Assembly (NCBI GenBank): GCA_951406725.2
Contig: OX597817.1
Span: 56,978,001-57,042,000 of the forward strand
Source: Octopus vulgaris
Taxonomy: Eukaryota
DNA length: 64,000 nucleotides
Direction: 5' to 3'
Below are positions 53,701 through 64,000 of this stretch, piece after piece. The notes under the pieces are model-generated. The model had not been told where the DNA came from and did no database searches. It was given only the letters and a program-made list of their open reading frames with translations. Numbering within the stretch: position 1 is the first letter of the stretch; every line of letters starts with the position of its first letter. A program made the translations under genes and the position numbers.

Positions 53701-54203
53701 GTATGTGTGTGTGGTGTGTGTGTGTGTGTGTGATGTGTGTGTGTGTGCCTGTGTCTGTGTCTGTCAGTGTGGGTGTTGCGTGTGGGTTGTGTGTGTGTGT
53801 ATTGTCTGTGTATGTGGAGTGTGTGTGCGTGTAGTGTGTGGGGATAGGGTTTTCTGTGTGTGTTGTCTGTGTTGTGTGTGTGTGTGTGTGTGTGTGTATG
53901 CCTGTATATGTATCGCTTAGTGTGCTGTACGTGTTTGCACGTGGGTGTGTCTGTGCGTGTGTTTTCTTAAGTCTACATCTACCTCTGCGTGTATGCGCAC
54001 ATGCGCGCGTGTGTGTAGGTGTGTATGTAGATGTGTATGCGTGTGTGCGTGTCACTTTTTCATTATAATCATTTTTCTAATGAAATTTTTGATAAAAAAT
54101 TAAGATAATGTGGTGTAAGGGCTTGTGGGATGCTGGTGGGGTTTAGGGGAGGTGGGCTTGCAACAGATGTAGTGCGATTGGTCAGTTGGTCGGTCGGTTA
54201 GTT

Positions 54204-54239
<36 letters not shown>

Positions 54240-54292
54240 AAAGCGCTTTGCGAACCCTAATGGTGAAGACCTAACTATCAAAGGATTCTAGC

Positions 54293-55064
54293 CAAAGCCG
54301 GATTAAGACCCAGAGAGGCCCTAAGCACTTAAAACATCTTAGTGCCCCCAAATATAATTCAAAATATAAAATAATAGATTGAAATAAATTTTTATTTTTC
54401 AAAAATGAAACAAAACTAACCGTAAGACGGAAAATAACTTTTATCCCCCCCCCCCCCGCCTTAGCGAAGGTATTGTTTTCAGTGGCGTTTGTTTGTTTGT
54501 TTGTCTGTGGACAAGATATCTCAGGAACTGCTCGATGGATTCGGATGAAACTTTCAGTGATGTTTGGCTTCGTGGCTGGTACGAACTGATTAGATTTTGG
54601 GATCGATCCGGTACCGGACAAGGATTCTGGACAAGGATTATTTTTTCCGATTGAGAACGGTTGGGTTCATTTTTAATATTCTCGCTTGTGAGAGCAGTGG
54701 AGTTCATTTCAGATATTCTCATTTTTAAAATCATCTCTGGTTAATCGTTGAGAGGACTTTGGTGTCGCCTTGGTGGAGGTTTGCGCTTTCTGAGTCCTCT
54801 TGTTTTGTGTACTTTCACTTCTTTTATATTTGAACAGTTTTCTCCTACGTTTTATTAATTGCTGGTCTTTGATCAGATCCTCTCTATGACACCATGGACA
54901 CTCAGAAACCATATTTGCGATCATATAAACCAATTTGAATATTATGTTAACAAGTTTAAATTAATTCCTTTAGTACCTTAAACCATTAACCATTTCTTTG
55001 GTGCCCCACCTCCCATGATGTCTTAATCAAGTGCTTATTTTGCTTAATAGTTAATCCAGCTCTG
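54293..55064. mobile_element. hAT-type MITE with a nested insertion
   Basis: TIR CAAAGCCGGATTAA / TTAATCCAGCTCTG; TSD ATTCTAGC / ATTCTAGT. Confidence 0.75.
54439..54805 (+). mobile_element. Helentron-associated non-autonomous element (HINE/DINE-1-like)
   Basis: T-rich ends, subterminal IR (CCCCCGCC.. / ..TTGGTGGAGG), (GTTT)n microsatellite, GATGAAACTTT and ATTAGATTTTGG..GATCCGG core, degenerate 3' hairpin. Confidence 0.75.
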
Positions 55065-55813
55065 ATTCTAGTTGTGACAGAATAATGTATATTCTAAGAA
55101 GATTTGGCTTCAACTTTTAGGGTGTTGAGAGACCATCTCTAGCTTGTATGGAGGACCATAAACGAAGACATTATTCAAAGAGCCACCAAAAATAGCGGTG
55201 TAACACAATTGGATGGGTTGATTGTAGAGCTGAAGAAATAGCAATAACTCTTGAAATATGCATATACCCCACCACGATCTATTTTTCTATCTTCGATTGC
55301 ATTGTTTACATGGACGAATTCGTATGTGAAACGTTGTAACTTTCAGTGTTGGCTCTAATTTCTATGGAATATCTGTAGAAATAACCTTAAAAATAGTTGA
55401 TCTGTTTACTATAAATAAATAGGCAAATAGGTCTGTTATGAGCCTACAGGTTCGTTAAGCTAGACCTTATCCCGTCTCCAATGGCGTATAAGCAATTGAG
55501 TGTACTATATTTCTCCTGAATGAGACGACAGTCCCTCGCAGGGTTAAATCCTACCTCCTCCTCCTCCTCCCCAGTTTCAGCTGAGCAGACTGAAACAAAG
55601 TGAAACGAATTGTTTCCTTCAGGAACACAACGCGCCGTCCGGTTTGGGAATCGATACCACGAACTCAAGATCGTCAGTCCAACCCACAGCCAAGTAGGTC
55701 ACGCGTCTTCACAGATCTGTTCATTACCCAACAACGGCTGAGATATTTGTTATTCAACAACATCAACAGACACATTTGTAATTCAACCAACACCAAGAGA
55801 TACAGTTGAGCTA

Positions 55814-55863
55814 CTTGCTATTCAACCGACCTGTTATTCAACCGACTTGTTATTCAACCGACT
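55814..55863. repeat. 16-bp tandem repeat x3
   Basis: (Y)TG(Y)TATTCAACCGAC. Confidence 0.85.
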
Positions 55864-56668
55864 CTTAACAGATGCAACACGGTTTAGCTATTTGATACTC
55901 AAACATCATCCACGTATATTTTCTTTCCTTTTCTATTTTAATTTGACATACCTTGTCCTTAAAAAAACCTGCCCACTCACACTAAATGCACTCGGCTGTG
56001 AAATATGTCAAACATCAAGAACGAGGGGGTGTTTCTTGGTTTTGTTTCTTAACTATTTATATCTTTTTCAAAGCAAAAAGCCAAAGAACACAGTTAAACA
56101 ATGCCTCACATTCGGTGACTGAGTTGAAAAATGTGGGGAAACGTGTGTGTTAGTTGACAGCAGATGAGCTATGAGAGGAAAGAGTCGAGGGGTCGGTCAT
56201 CTTGTTAATAGTTAAGAGTATTTTAAATATATGTAGGAGTATATTAAACACAGTTTATGAGGGGAAACAGATCTGAAGTCATGATATCAAGGTGGAGAAT
56301 ATTTAAAATGTCTGTTTGACAAATAGATATGGATACTGGGGGGATCGCTTTTTAATCTGAATGAATGGGCTCAGCAAGAGAGAATATATAGAATAAGTAC
56401 TAGGCTTAAAAAATACGAACCGGGGTCTATTCGTTCGACTAGAATTCTTCAAAGCGCTGCCCCAGCATGGCCGAAATCTAATGACTGAAACAAGTAAAAG
56501 ATTAAAGATAACAGGTGCCCATAATAGCCTGAAAGGTTTCAAATTTCGGTACAGGATTAGCAATTTTAGAAGAGCGAGTAAATCAGTTTAATCGACCCCA
56601 GTATTACAGATCCGGAAAGGATGAGAGGCAAAGATGACCTCAGCAGGATTTAAACTCAGAAAGTAAAA

Positions 56669-56824
56669 AGCTTGCTTACAAACTACATGGTTCCGGGTTC
56701 AGTCCCACTACGTGTTACCTTGGGCAAGTGTCTTCTACTATAGCCTCAGGCTAACCAAAGCCTTGTGAGTGGATTTAGTAAACGGAAACTGAAAGAAGCC
56801 CGTCGTATATATGTATATATATAT

Positions 56825-56863
<39 letters not shown>

Positions 56864-57075
56864 CTGTGTTTGTCCCCCAAACATAGCTTGACAACCGATG
56901 CTGGTGTGTTTACGTCCCCGTAACTTAGCGGTTCGGCAAAAGTGACCGATAGAATAAGTACTAGGCTTACAAAGAATAAGTCCTGGGGTCGATGTGCTCG
57001 ACTAAAGGTGGGAGGGGGCTCCAGCATGGCCGAATCAAATGACTGAAATAAGTAAAAGAATAAAAGAGTAAAAGA
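56669..57075 (+). mobile_element. SINE family A
   Basis: Slightly 5'-truncated; three TAAAAGA tail units. Confidence 0.9.
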
Positions 57076-57667
57076 GATGTGCTACAGCATGGCTACAGTC
57101 TAATAACTAAAACTAGTAAAAAAAAATAAAAGATGTTTATCCCTTTCAGTGGTCAATCCATTTGAATGTCTGTTTTATTAATCATCTCAATTTGCTGTGA
57201 TTCCTTTGAATACCTTCTTATTAGTTGCTCCTTTGAACAGAGTCCTCCTTCAACTTCGTCGTCTTGACATATTTATTCAACCCGCAACTCGCCCCCAATT
57301 GATTATTTTCAATCCATTTTGTTGTCGTCTGCAACGTGACATGATCGTGTTTCTCTTACTAAATGCGAATACTTTTAGGCTTGGTGATATTGTATTTTTA
57401 GTGCAGGAGATATTGGGTCACACAGCCAGGAACGTTTGCTGACGAAGTCACTACGACATGATTTATTGTCGTCAAGCGGGAAGATAGCAGACGTTGAAAC
57501 TCAGAATGCTGGGCCAGGTTTTGTACATAAAAATCAAAAACGTATTTTATATAATCATATCAGCAAGTTTTAAGTCTTAATAATATTTCTTTTATGAGCT
57601 GAAACCTCGTCGCCATTCGCTCGAGTATTACACACACACACCAGACAGACAGACAGATAGATATTAT

Positions 57668-57870
57668 TTTATTCTTTAACTAGTTTCAGAAAGTATCCGC
57701 CCTTTAGTCGAACAAATCGACCCCGGGACTTGTTCTTTCTAAGCTTAGTACTTACTCTGTCAGTGTCTTTTGTCGAACCGCTACTGTTACAGGGACGTAA
57801 ACACACCAGCATCGGTTGTCAAGCCTTGGTGGGGAGACAAACAGATACACACAAACACGCACGTACACAA

Positions 57871-57933
<63 letters not shown>

Positions 57934-58078
57934 CGACGGGCTTCTTTCAGTTTCCATCTACCAAATCCACTCGGCCCGAGGTTATAGTAGAAGACACTTG
58001 GCCAAGGCGCCACACAGTGGGACTGAACTCGGAACCATGTTGTTAGGAAGCAAGCTTCTCACCACACAGCCACTCCTA
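57668..58078 (-). mobile_element. SINE family A
   Basis: Inverted relative to 56669-57075. Confidence 0.85.
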
Positions 58079-58087
58079 TATATATAT

Positions 58088-58768
58088 ACATGACAAATGG
58101 TACAAGCACCACCCTGAGACTGTAAATTGAGGGAGAAAATGTAACTATTCTTTGGGACTTCCCAGTATGTACAGATGTGACCATCAAAGCAAACAAACCA
58201 GATATTGTTGTGAAAGACCAAAACAATAAAGTCTGTTTATTGATTGACATGAGCATACCCTGTAACCATAATATCTCAGCAAAAGAATTTGATAAGCTCA
58301 GAAGATATAAAGATTTCTTAATCGAAATCGAAAAGATGTGGCATCTCAAGACGGATACAATACCAGTGATTGTCGGAACACTTGGAATGATCATAAAAGG
58401 AACTGAAAATTATTTAAGAATGATCCCTAGCTTACCATCCATAAAGTGCAAAAGATTGTCTTAACTGGTCGCACGTACGGAGAAGAGCATATTGTCAATG
58501 TGAATTTTCTTTCCCTTTTCCCTTTCATTTTCTTTGTTTACTTTTTTATTCTTTATTTTTTTTTTTTCTCTCTGTCTTTCTTCCCCTTTTCTTTATCACT
58601 TGTCTTTGTAAATAGACAATCTGGTGTGTTTATTTTAATCGCCTATCAATGTATACAGTGCGTTTCTCTGCCCTAGGTGTCAGGAAGATACTCGGCAAGA
58701 AATGAAAACAATTGAAAGAAGATGATAGTGAAAACAACAACAACAATAATAATAATAATAATAATAAC
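58088..58768 (+). mobile_element. 3' fragment of an R4/Dong-like non-LTR retrotransposon (restriction-like endonuclease plus 3' UTR)
   Basis: KWYKHHPETV/EGENVTILWDFPVCTDVTIKANKPDIVVKD..LLIDMSIP..KEFDKLRRYKDF..IPVIVGTLG; ends in (CAA)n(TAA)n. Confidence 0.9.
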
Positions 58769-58900
58769 ATCTTTACGAGTATTCATGTTGAATATTTACT
58801 CATATGTATAACGGTGGTGCCCCAGCATGACCGCAGCTCTCAAACTGGATCCAGTAAAAGAAAATAGATATGTGTGTGTATATGTACATATATGTGATTG

Positions 58901-58947
<47 letters not shown>

Positions 58948-59180
58948 AGATAATTTGTGAAAGTTATCATGTCTGCTTTTCAATGGGGGCGTAAATGTAA
59001 CCACTCCCTTTACGAAAGCCTCCTCTTACTACTACCCTTTCTAGTAGATGCCAAATTCACGAATATATTGTTCAAATATCTGTCTGAGAGCAATAAAAAT
59101 ACAATCACGATGCAAAGTCTCTCTCACACTCAAACGGTGGCGGTGGAGGGAGGAGGGGAAGGAAGCAAATAAGTTGAAAA

Positions 59181-59480
59181 AACGTCTCGCTTTTCTACGA
59201 AACGACTCCACACAAAGATGACACGACAAACATCCATTTTGGAAGGTAACCCAATATTTTTAATGAAACACCCGAGCTTCGCCAAAAGTCACGTCCCTTC
59301 AACTCAAAGCACAACCGTAAGAGCAACAACAACGTCTCGCTTTTCTACGAAACGACTCCACACAAAAATGACACGACAAACATCCATTTTGGAAGGTAAC
59401 CCAATATTTTTAATGAAACACCCGCGCTTCGCCAAAAGTCACGTCCCTTCAACTCAAAGCACAACCGTAAGAGCAACAAC
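59181..59480. repeat. 150-bp tandem duplication
   Basis: Units 59181-59330 and 59331-59480 differ at about two positions. Confidence 0.95.
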
Positions 59481-59610
59481 AATAACGACGACGATGATGA
59501 TGATGATGTTCATGTTTTCTTTTATTTACCAACAAGGCGAATGATTAAGGATGACTCAATAACAAAGACAGACACAAGGGCTGTGTGGGAGGGCCGGGGG
59601 TGTTTACATA

Positions 59611-59841
59611 TTTCTTTATTACCCACAAGGGGCTAAACACAGAGAGGACAAACAAGGACAAACAAACGGATTAAGCCGATTATATCGACACCAGTACGTA
59701 ACTGGTACTTATTTAATCGACTCCGAAAGGATGAAAGGCAAAGTCGACCTCGGCGGAATTTGAACTCAGAACGTAGCGGCAGACAAAATACAGTTAAGTA
59801 TTTCGCCCGTCGTGCTAACGATTCTGCCAGCTCGCCGCCTT
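59611..59841 (-). mobile_element. SINE family B, full length with 17-bp TSD
   Basis: CCGGGGGTGTTTACATA at 59594-59610 and 59842-59858. Confidence 0.92.
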
Positions 59842-59919
59842 CCGGGGGTGTTTACATAGCAAATCGAATAAGAAACACATGAAATATAAATATGAATGGA
59901 ATATATAAGTAATAAAGTG

Positions 59920-60150
59920 AAGTTGTGTAACCTCGTGGTTAGAGTGTTGTTCGCAAAATCGCAGTTTCGATTCCCGGTTGGGCAGCGCGTTAAGTTCTTG
60001 AGCAAGACACATCATTTCACGTTGCTCCAGTCCAATCAGCTGTAAACGGATAACCCTGCGACGGACTGGCGTTCCGTTCAGGAGGGAATGTCGTGATCTC
60101 GGTCATGGAAACAAGGTTACTGGCATTATGACTCCTGGAACTTGAGACTG
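59920..60150 (+). mobile_element. SINE family C-related, short tail
   Basis: GTGGTTAGAG..TTCGATTCCCGG..CTTGAGCAAGACAC..CCTGCGACGGACTGGCG. Confidence 0.75.
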
Positions 60151-60730
60151 CATTATATCCAAAACAAGTGAAGAAGGAACCACACAGGTCCAAGAGTCAT
60201 TGAACACCAAGAGCAAGTCTCCTCTTCAACAGACGGTCTTCAGCCAATAACTGTATCTCGTATATATAGAACCATTCCTTCCACTCTTGCCATTTTTCGC
60301 TTATAGCACCATGTTTCAATAAATACCCCTGAGAACACCAATTCCTTCCATTTCAACCGAAACTGAAAAAAGTCAACGATGAGACAGTGTTAGTTGGTTA
60401 AATTGACCCTCGTATATGACTGGTACTTTATTTCCTCAACCCCAGATGATATCTAATATAGACCACAAACGGTATCTAGTATAGGCCAAAATGTCTCCAA
60501 GAACAAGTGACCTTAGTCAAATTCGGTGGATCCCGCATGAGCTTCGGGTTACATTGATACATTAAAAGCAAAAATACCCTTTCCCAGATATTTTCCCTTT
60601 TGTTGAAAGAGACACACTCAGTCTCTGAGAAATTTCTTCAGTTATACTTTTCCTCCTACTTTTTACTTCCTCGCAGAGTCTCATATTTTTCTCTGCTTCT
60701 CAAAGACTAGCGATCATGGATAATCTATGC

Positions 60731-60769
60731 TTCACTGATGAGGTCTAATAACATTGAAACATGTCTGGA
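60731..60769 (+). ncRNA. Putative minimal type I hammerhead ribozyme motif
   Basis: TTCA-CTGATGA-GGT..ATT-GAAA-CATG-TC-TGGA; palindromic ACATGT stem III, GUC site. Confidence 0.55.
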
Positions 60770-61379
60770 CTTCTCTACCCGATAAAATTCAGATTCACTA
60801 CTCCATTGTATTCCACCTTTCCTTAATTTTTAATTCATTAGAATTTCATGGTCGTCTCCGTCTTCTCTGCGTATTTTAGGCGGTTATTTTAATTAAATAC
60901 TGCCTCAGATGCGGATATCTGAATTTCAATCAGTCTGGCAGTTAAACGCAACATCAGTGAGTGCTTTATTCATTATATCCTATCTTAGAGACGACAAATC
61001 CTCGTCCGAACATGTGGTTGGCTGCGATGACACGTCATCGAAAAGGCTCCAAAGCGCCACAATGCATCTGACGCCCTCGCTGTCCGCTGCTAGGACGAAT
61101 TTTCGTTTCCTTCTGATGTTTATTGTGCTGTTAGTACAGCAAGCCCATAACAGATGTTATCTCGGGACAAATTCTGTGGTCACCGGCCTATCAACTTACT
61201 GTATAAACATTGACCGGTGTCCGGTCAATTCGTCGACGGTAATTTATCGTCGTTTAATTTGTCCCCAATCAATTTGTCGTTGGTTAATTCAACCCCAGGT
61301 CAATTCGTCCCCTGGAAAAATGGAAGAACGAATATCTGAATTTTTTTTTTAAAAGCGTTTAATTCAAGGTTTACTGTAT

Positions 61380-61697
61380 TATTCTTTTACTTTTTTCAGT
61401 CATTTGACTGCGGTCATGTTGGAGCACCGCCTTTAGTCGAGCAAATGGACCCCAAGCCTTATTCTTTTGTAAGCCTGGTACTTGTTCTATCGATCACTTT
61501 TGCCGAACTGCTATTTTACGGGGACGTAAACACAACAGCATCGGTTGTCAAGCGATGTTGGGGGGGACAAGCACAAATACACAAACATATACACACACAT
61601 ACATATATACATATATACGATGGGCTTCTTTCACTTTCCGTCTACCAAATCCACTCACAAGGCTTTGGTCGGCCCGAGGCTATAGTAGAAGACACTT
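61380..61697 (-). mobile_element. SINE family A lacking its tRNA head
   Basis: Breaks at AGAAGACACTT, where it is fused to the LINE ORF1-like sequence. Confidence 0.85.
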
Positions 61698-62830
61698 CTG
61701 TCACCCTTACACGAGCAGTTCGTCTCCCCATGTAGGTTGGCATAAGTACCAACTCCTTCGTTTTCAGGGGACTTACTGAGTGCTCTTGAGCTTTTACTTC
61801 TGTTTCAAATCTGGCCTCTACTGTGCCATAAGTACGGCCCCTCGCTATATACTTTATGTCTTCCCATATGGGAGCAAGACATTTTCCAATTTTGCACTGC
61901 TGAAAGTGCTTAATTTCTTTGTTGAAAGACAGTATGTTTTGAAAACAACAGTCCTTTTCAATTTTTCAACACTAGGTGAGGGTGATATTTTTATATCACC
62001 CCCATCCTCTCTTCTTTGATTTTTTCAAAAAGCTCGGAGAGCTTTTCCTTTGGTAGTTCGACGTTTTCAGTAGCCACCGCGGTAACTGCTGAAAATTTCT
62101 TAACTGGCTCTTCCAGTGAATTTTTCTCTGAAATTATTTCGACCGACATATTCGTTCGAAATAAATTTATACACAATTTAATCCCAGAAAACGGGAAACC
62201 TATAATTTTTTTACTTTTTTCCCCTCTCAACGAGGACAACAGTTCAAATCCCACCCCCGCTGGGAGGCGAGACGTAACTACAAAGCCTACAACGGTCGAA
62301 ATTAAATTTTTCCCACAATAATAAAAATACGGTATCCTAAAAAAAGGGAAACCTATAATATGTTGTTGTTTTTTTCCCTCATAACGAGGACAACAGTTCA
62401 AATCTCACCCCCGCTATGGGGCAGGGTGCCACAATAAAGCCTACAACGGCTAAAATTAATTTTTTCACACAATAATAAATTGATTATCCTAAAAAACGGG
62501 AAACCTATATTTTTTCCTCTTAATGAGGATAACAGTTCAATCCCAACCCCGCTGGGGGTGGAGGGCACAACAATAAAGCCTGCAACGGCTTTAACAAGTT
62601 CAATATTTCAACAATTCACAACTGCAAAATGGCCTTACACAAACAATTACTTTCTCCCGTCACCGAGAAAAAGCACAAACATTTTCAAAGTTTAACGGTT
62701 CAACAATGTTCAACAGTTCGAAAATGTTCAACAATAAACAGTTAACAATTCCAGCAGAAAAATTATCCAACGTTCAACAAAACGTTTGACTCACTGCCAA
62801 AAAAACACTTCTAACCACGAGACAGGCAAG
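61698..62830 (-). mobile_element. 5' fragment of a probable Tx1/L1-like LINE: 5' UTR plus frameshifted ORF1 N-terminus (ATG 62149)
   Basis: MSVEIISEK..KIKEE / SPSVEKLKRTVVFKTYCLS..LENVLLPY / IKYIARGRTYGTVEARFETE..LMPTYMGRRTARVRV across two frameshifts; RRM-like pattern; 5' boundary uncertain. Confidence 0.6.
62183..62592. repeat. Three diverged ~150-bp tandem units
   Basis: GGGAAACCTATA..GAGGA(C/T)AACAGTTCAA..CCCCGCT..AAAGCCT(A/G)CAACGG starting at about 62185, 62337 and 62488. Confidence 0.9.
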
Positions 62831-63221
62831 CAAGATACTTTTATTCATTAAATTTGCCATATTCATGTTATTCATTAAATTTGCCATAGATAAGGTAGCT
62901 TTGCGGGCTGGACATAGACATTGATGAGGCGAATGATTATGATTCAAAAATGATAAAGATGAGAGAAGACAGAAAGCGTCCGCCAACCCTCTGTTTTTCT
63001 CTAAAACATTGTTCTTTAAAAACGCATATACAGAGGTATTAACCCTCTTGCAATTTAAAATACAATATATCTGGACTAAAAGGTCCTTACAATTATAAAA
63101 CACAATTTATACACAAATTGGAGGCGATAAACCTCTACAATCCTTCCCCGAGTAATTTTCTTGCAACTTGCAGGTATTCCTGCGACCGCAATCCAGAGCT
63201 CCAAAAAAGAATTCTATAATT

Positions 63222-63614
63222 GGCGCAGGAGTGGCTGTGTGGTAAGTAGCTTGTTTACCAACCACATGGTTCCGGATTCAGTCCCACTACGTGGCACTTT
63301 GGGCAAGTGTCTTCTACTATAGCCTCGGGCCGACCAAAGCCTTGTGAGTGGATTTGGTAAACGGAAACTGAAAGAAGCCCGTCGTATATATGTATATGCG
63401 TGTGTGTGTTTGTGTGTCTGTGTTTGTCTCCCTAGCATTGCTTGACAACCGATGCTGGTGTGTTTATGTCCCCGTTACTTAGTGGTTCGGCAAAAGAGAC
63501 CGATAGAATAAGTACTGGGCTTACAAAAGAATAAGTCCCGGGGTCGAGTTTCTCGATTAAAGGCGGTGCTCCAGCATGGCCGCAGTCAAATGACTGAAAC
63601 AAGTAAAAGAGTAA
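63222..63614 (+). mobile_element. SINE family A, full length, close to consensus
   Basis: GGCGCAGGAGTGGCTGTGTGGTAAG..GAAACAAGTAAAAGAGTAA. Confidence 0.92.
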
Positions 63615-64000
63615 TTCTCGTTTTCACACGAGTCAATTATCAGATCGCAGTACTTTCTTTCCAGCACCAGAGCAGCCACCTGCGAAGGCCACTCTGGGCT
63701 GTCAATACAAGTCGGGCCCCTCAGGATCCGACTATCCATATCATTCTCCACGAAACTGTCAATAGCCCCTCCCCTGAGGAAGCAGAACATACATTCTTCA
63801 CCACTTTCACTGGGAGGGGCCTCAACTCCCACGCACGGTGGCACACATCCCACTGACGAGGTTATCTTCTTCCCCCTACCTTCGGTGGCACACATACCAC
63901 CAAAGGGGTTTCGGGACATGCCGTCGCCGGCACTGCCCCCTTTATCTTTTTTCTCTTCTTTTTTTCCTTTTACGATGGGAGGGTGCAGTTCCTCCAACAT

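Noticed and set aside
61205-61315. Degenerate ~15-bp subterminal-like repeats (CAATTCGTC) of a DNA transposon end
   Set aside because: No matching opposite terminus or TSD found.

Overview
This is eukaryotic, repeat-dominated DNA. The tRNA-derived SINE families and extreme microsatellite load look like Octopus (coleoid cephalopod), inferred from recalled repeat sequences rather than a search. Nearly all ORFs in the track are translated microsatellites. One probable host exon lies on the minus strand (ATG 38897 to a GT donor after 38090). It ends in a FAM167-like motif (RIESALAWVRSEL) but has a reading-frame break near 38570-38590, and no second exon was recognised, so 1-38089 may be one large intron. 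The rest is three high-copy SINE families, Tx1/L1-like and R4/NeSL-like (RLE) LINE fragments, several MITEs (hAT, piggyBac-like, TA-flanked), a Helentron-type element, minisatellites and Penelope-like remnants. Most interesting: (i) about seven minimal hammerhead-ribozyme-like motifs from several Penelope-like families, including a CUGUUGA core variant and long-stem-II forms; (ii) Meta-domain SINE head-to-tail multimers with the same junction at three loci; (iii) the frame break in the host exon. Coordinates were read by eye and repeat boundaries may be off by some bases.
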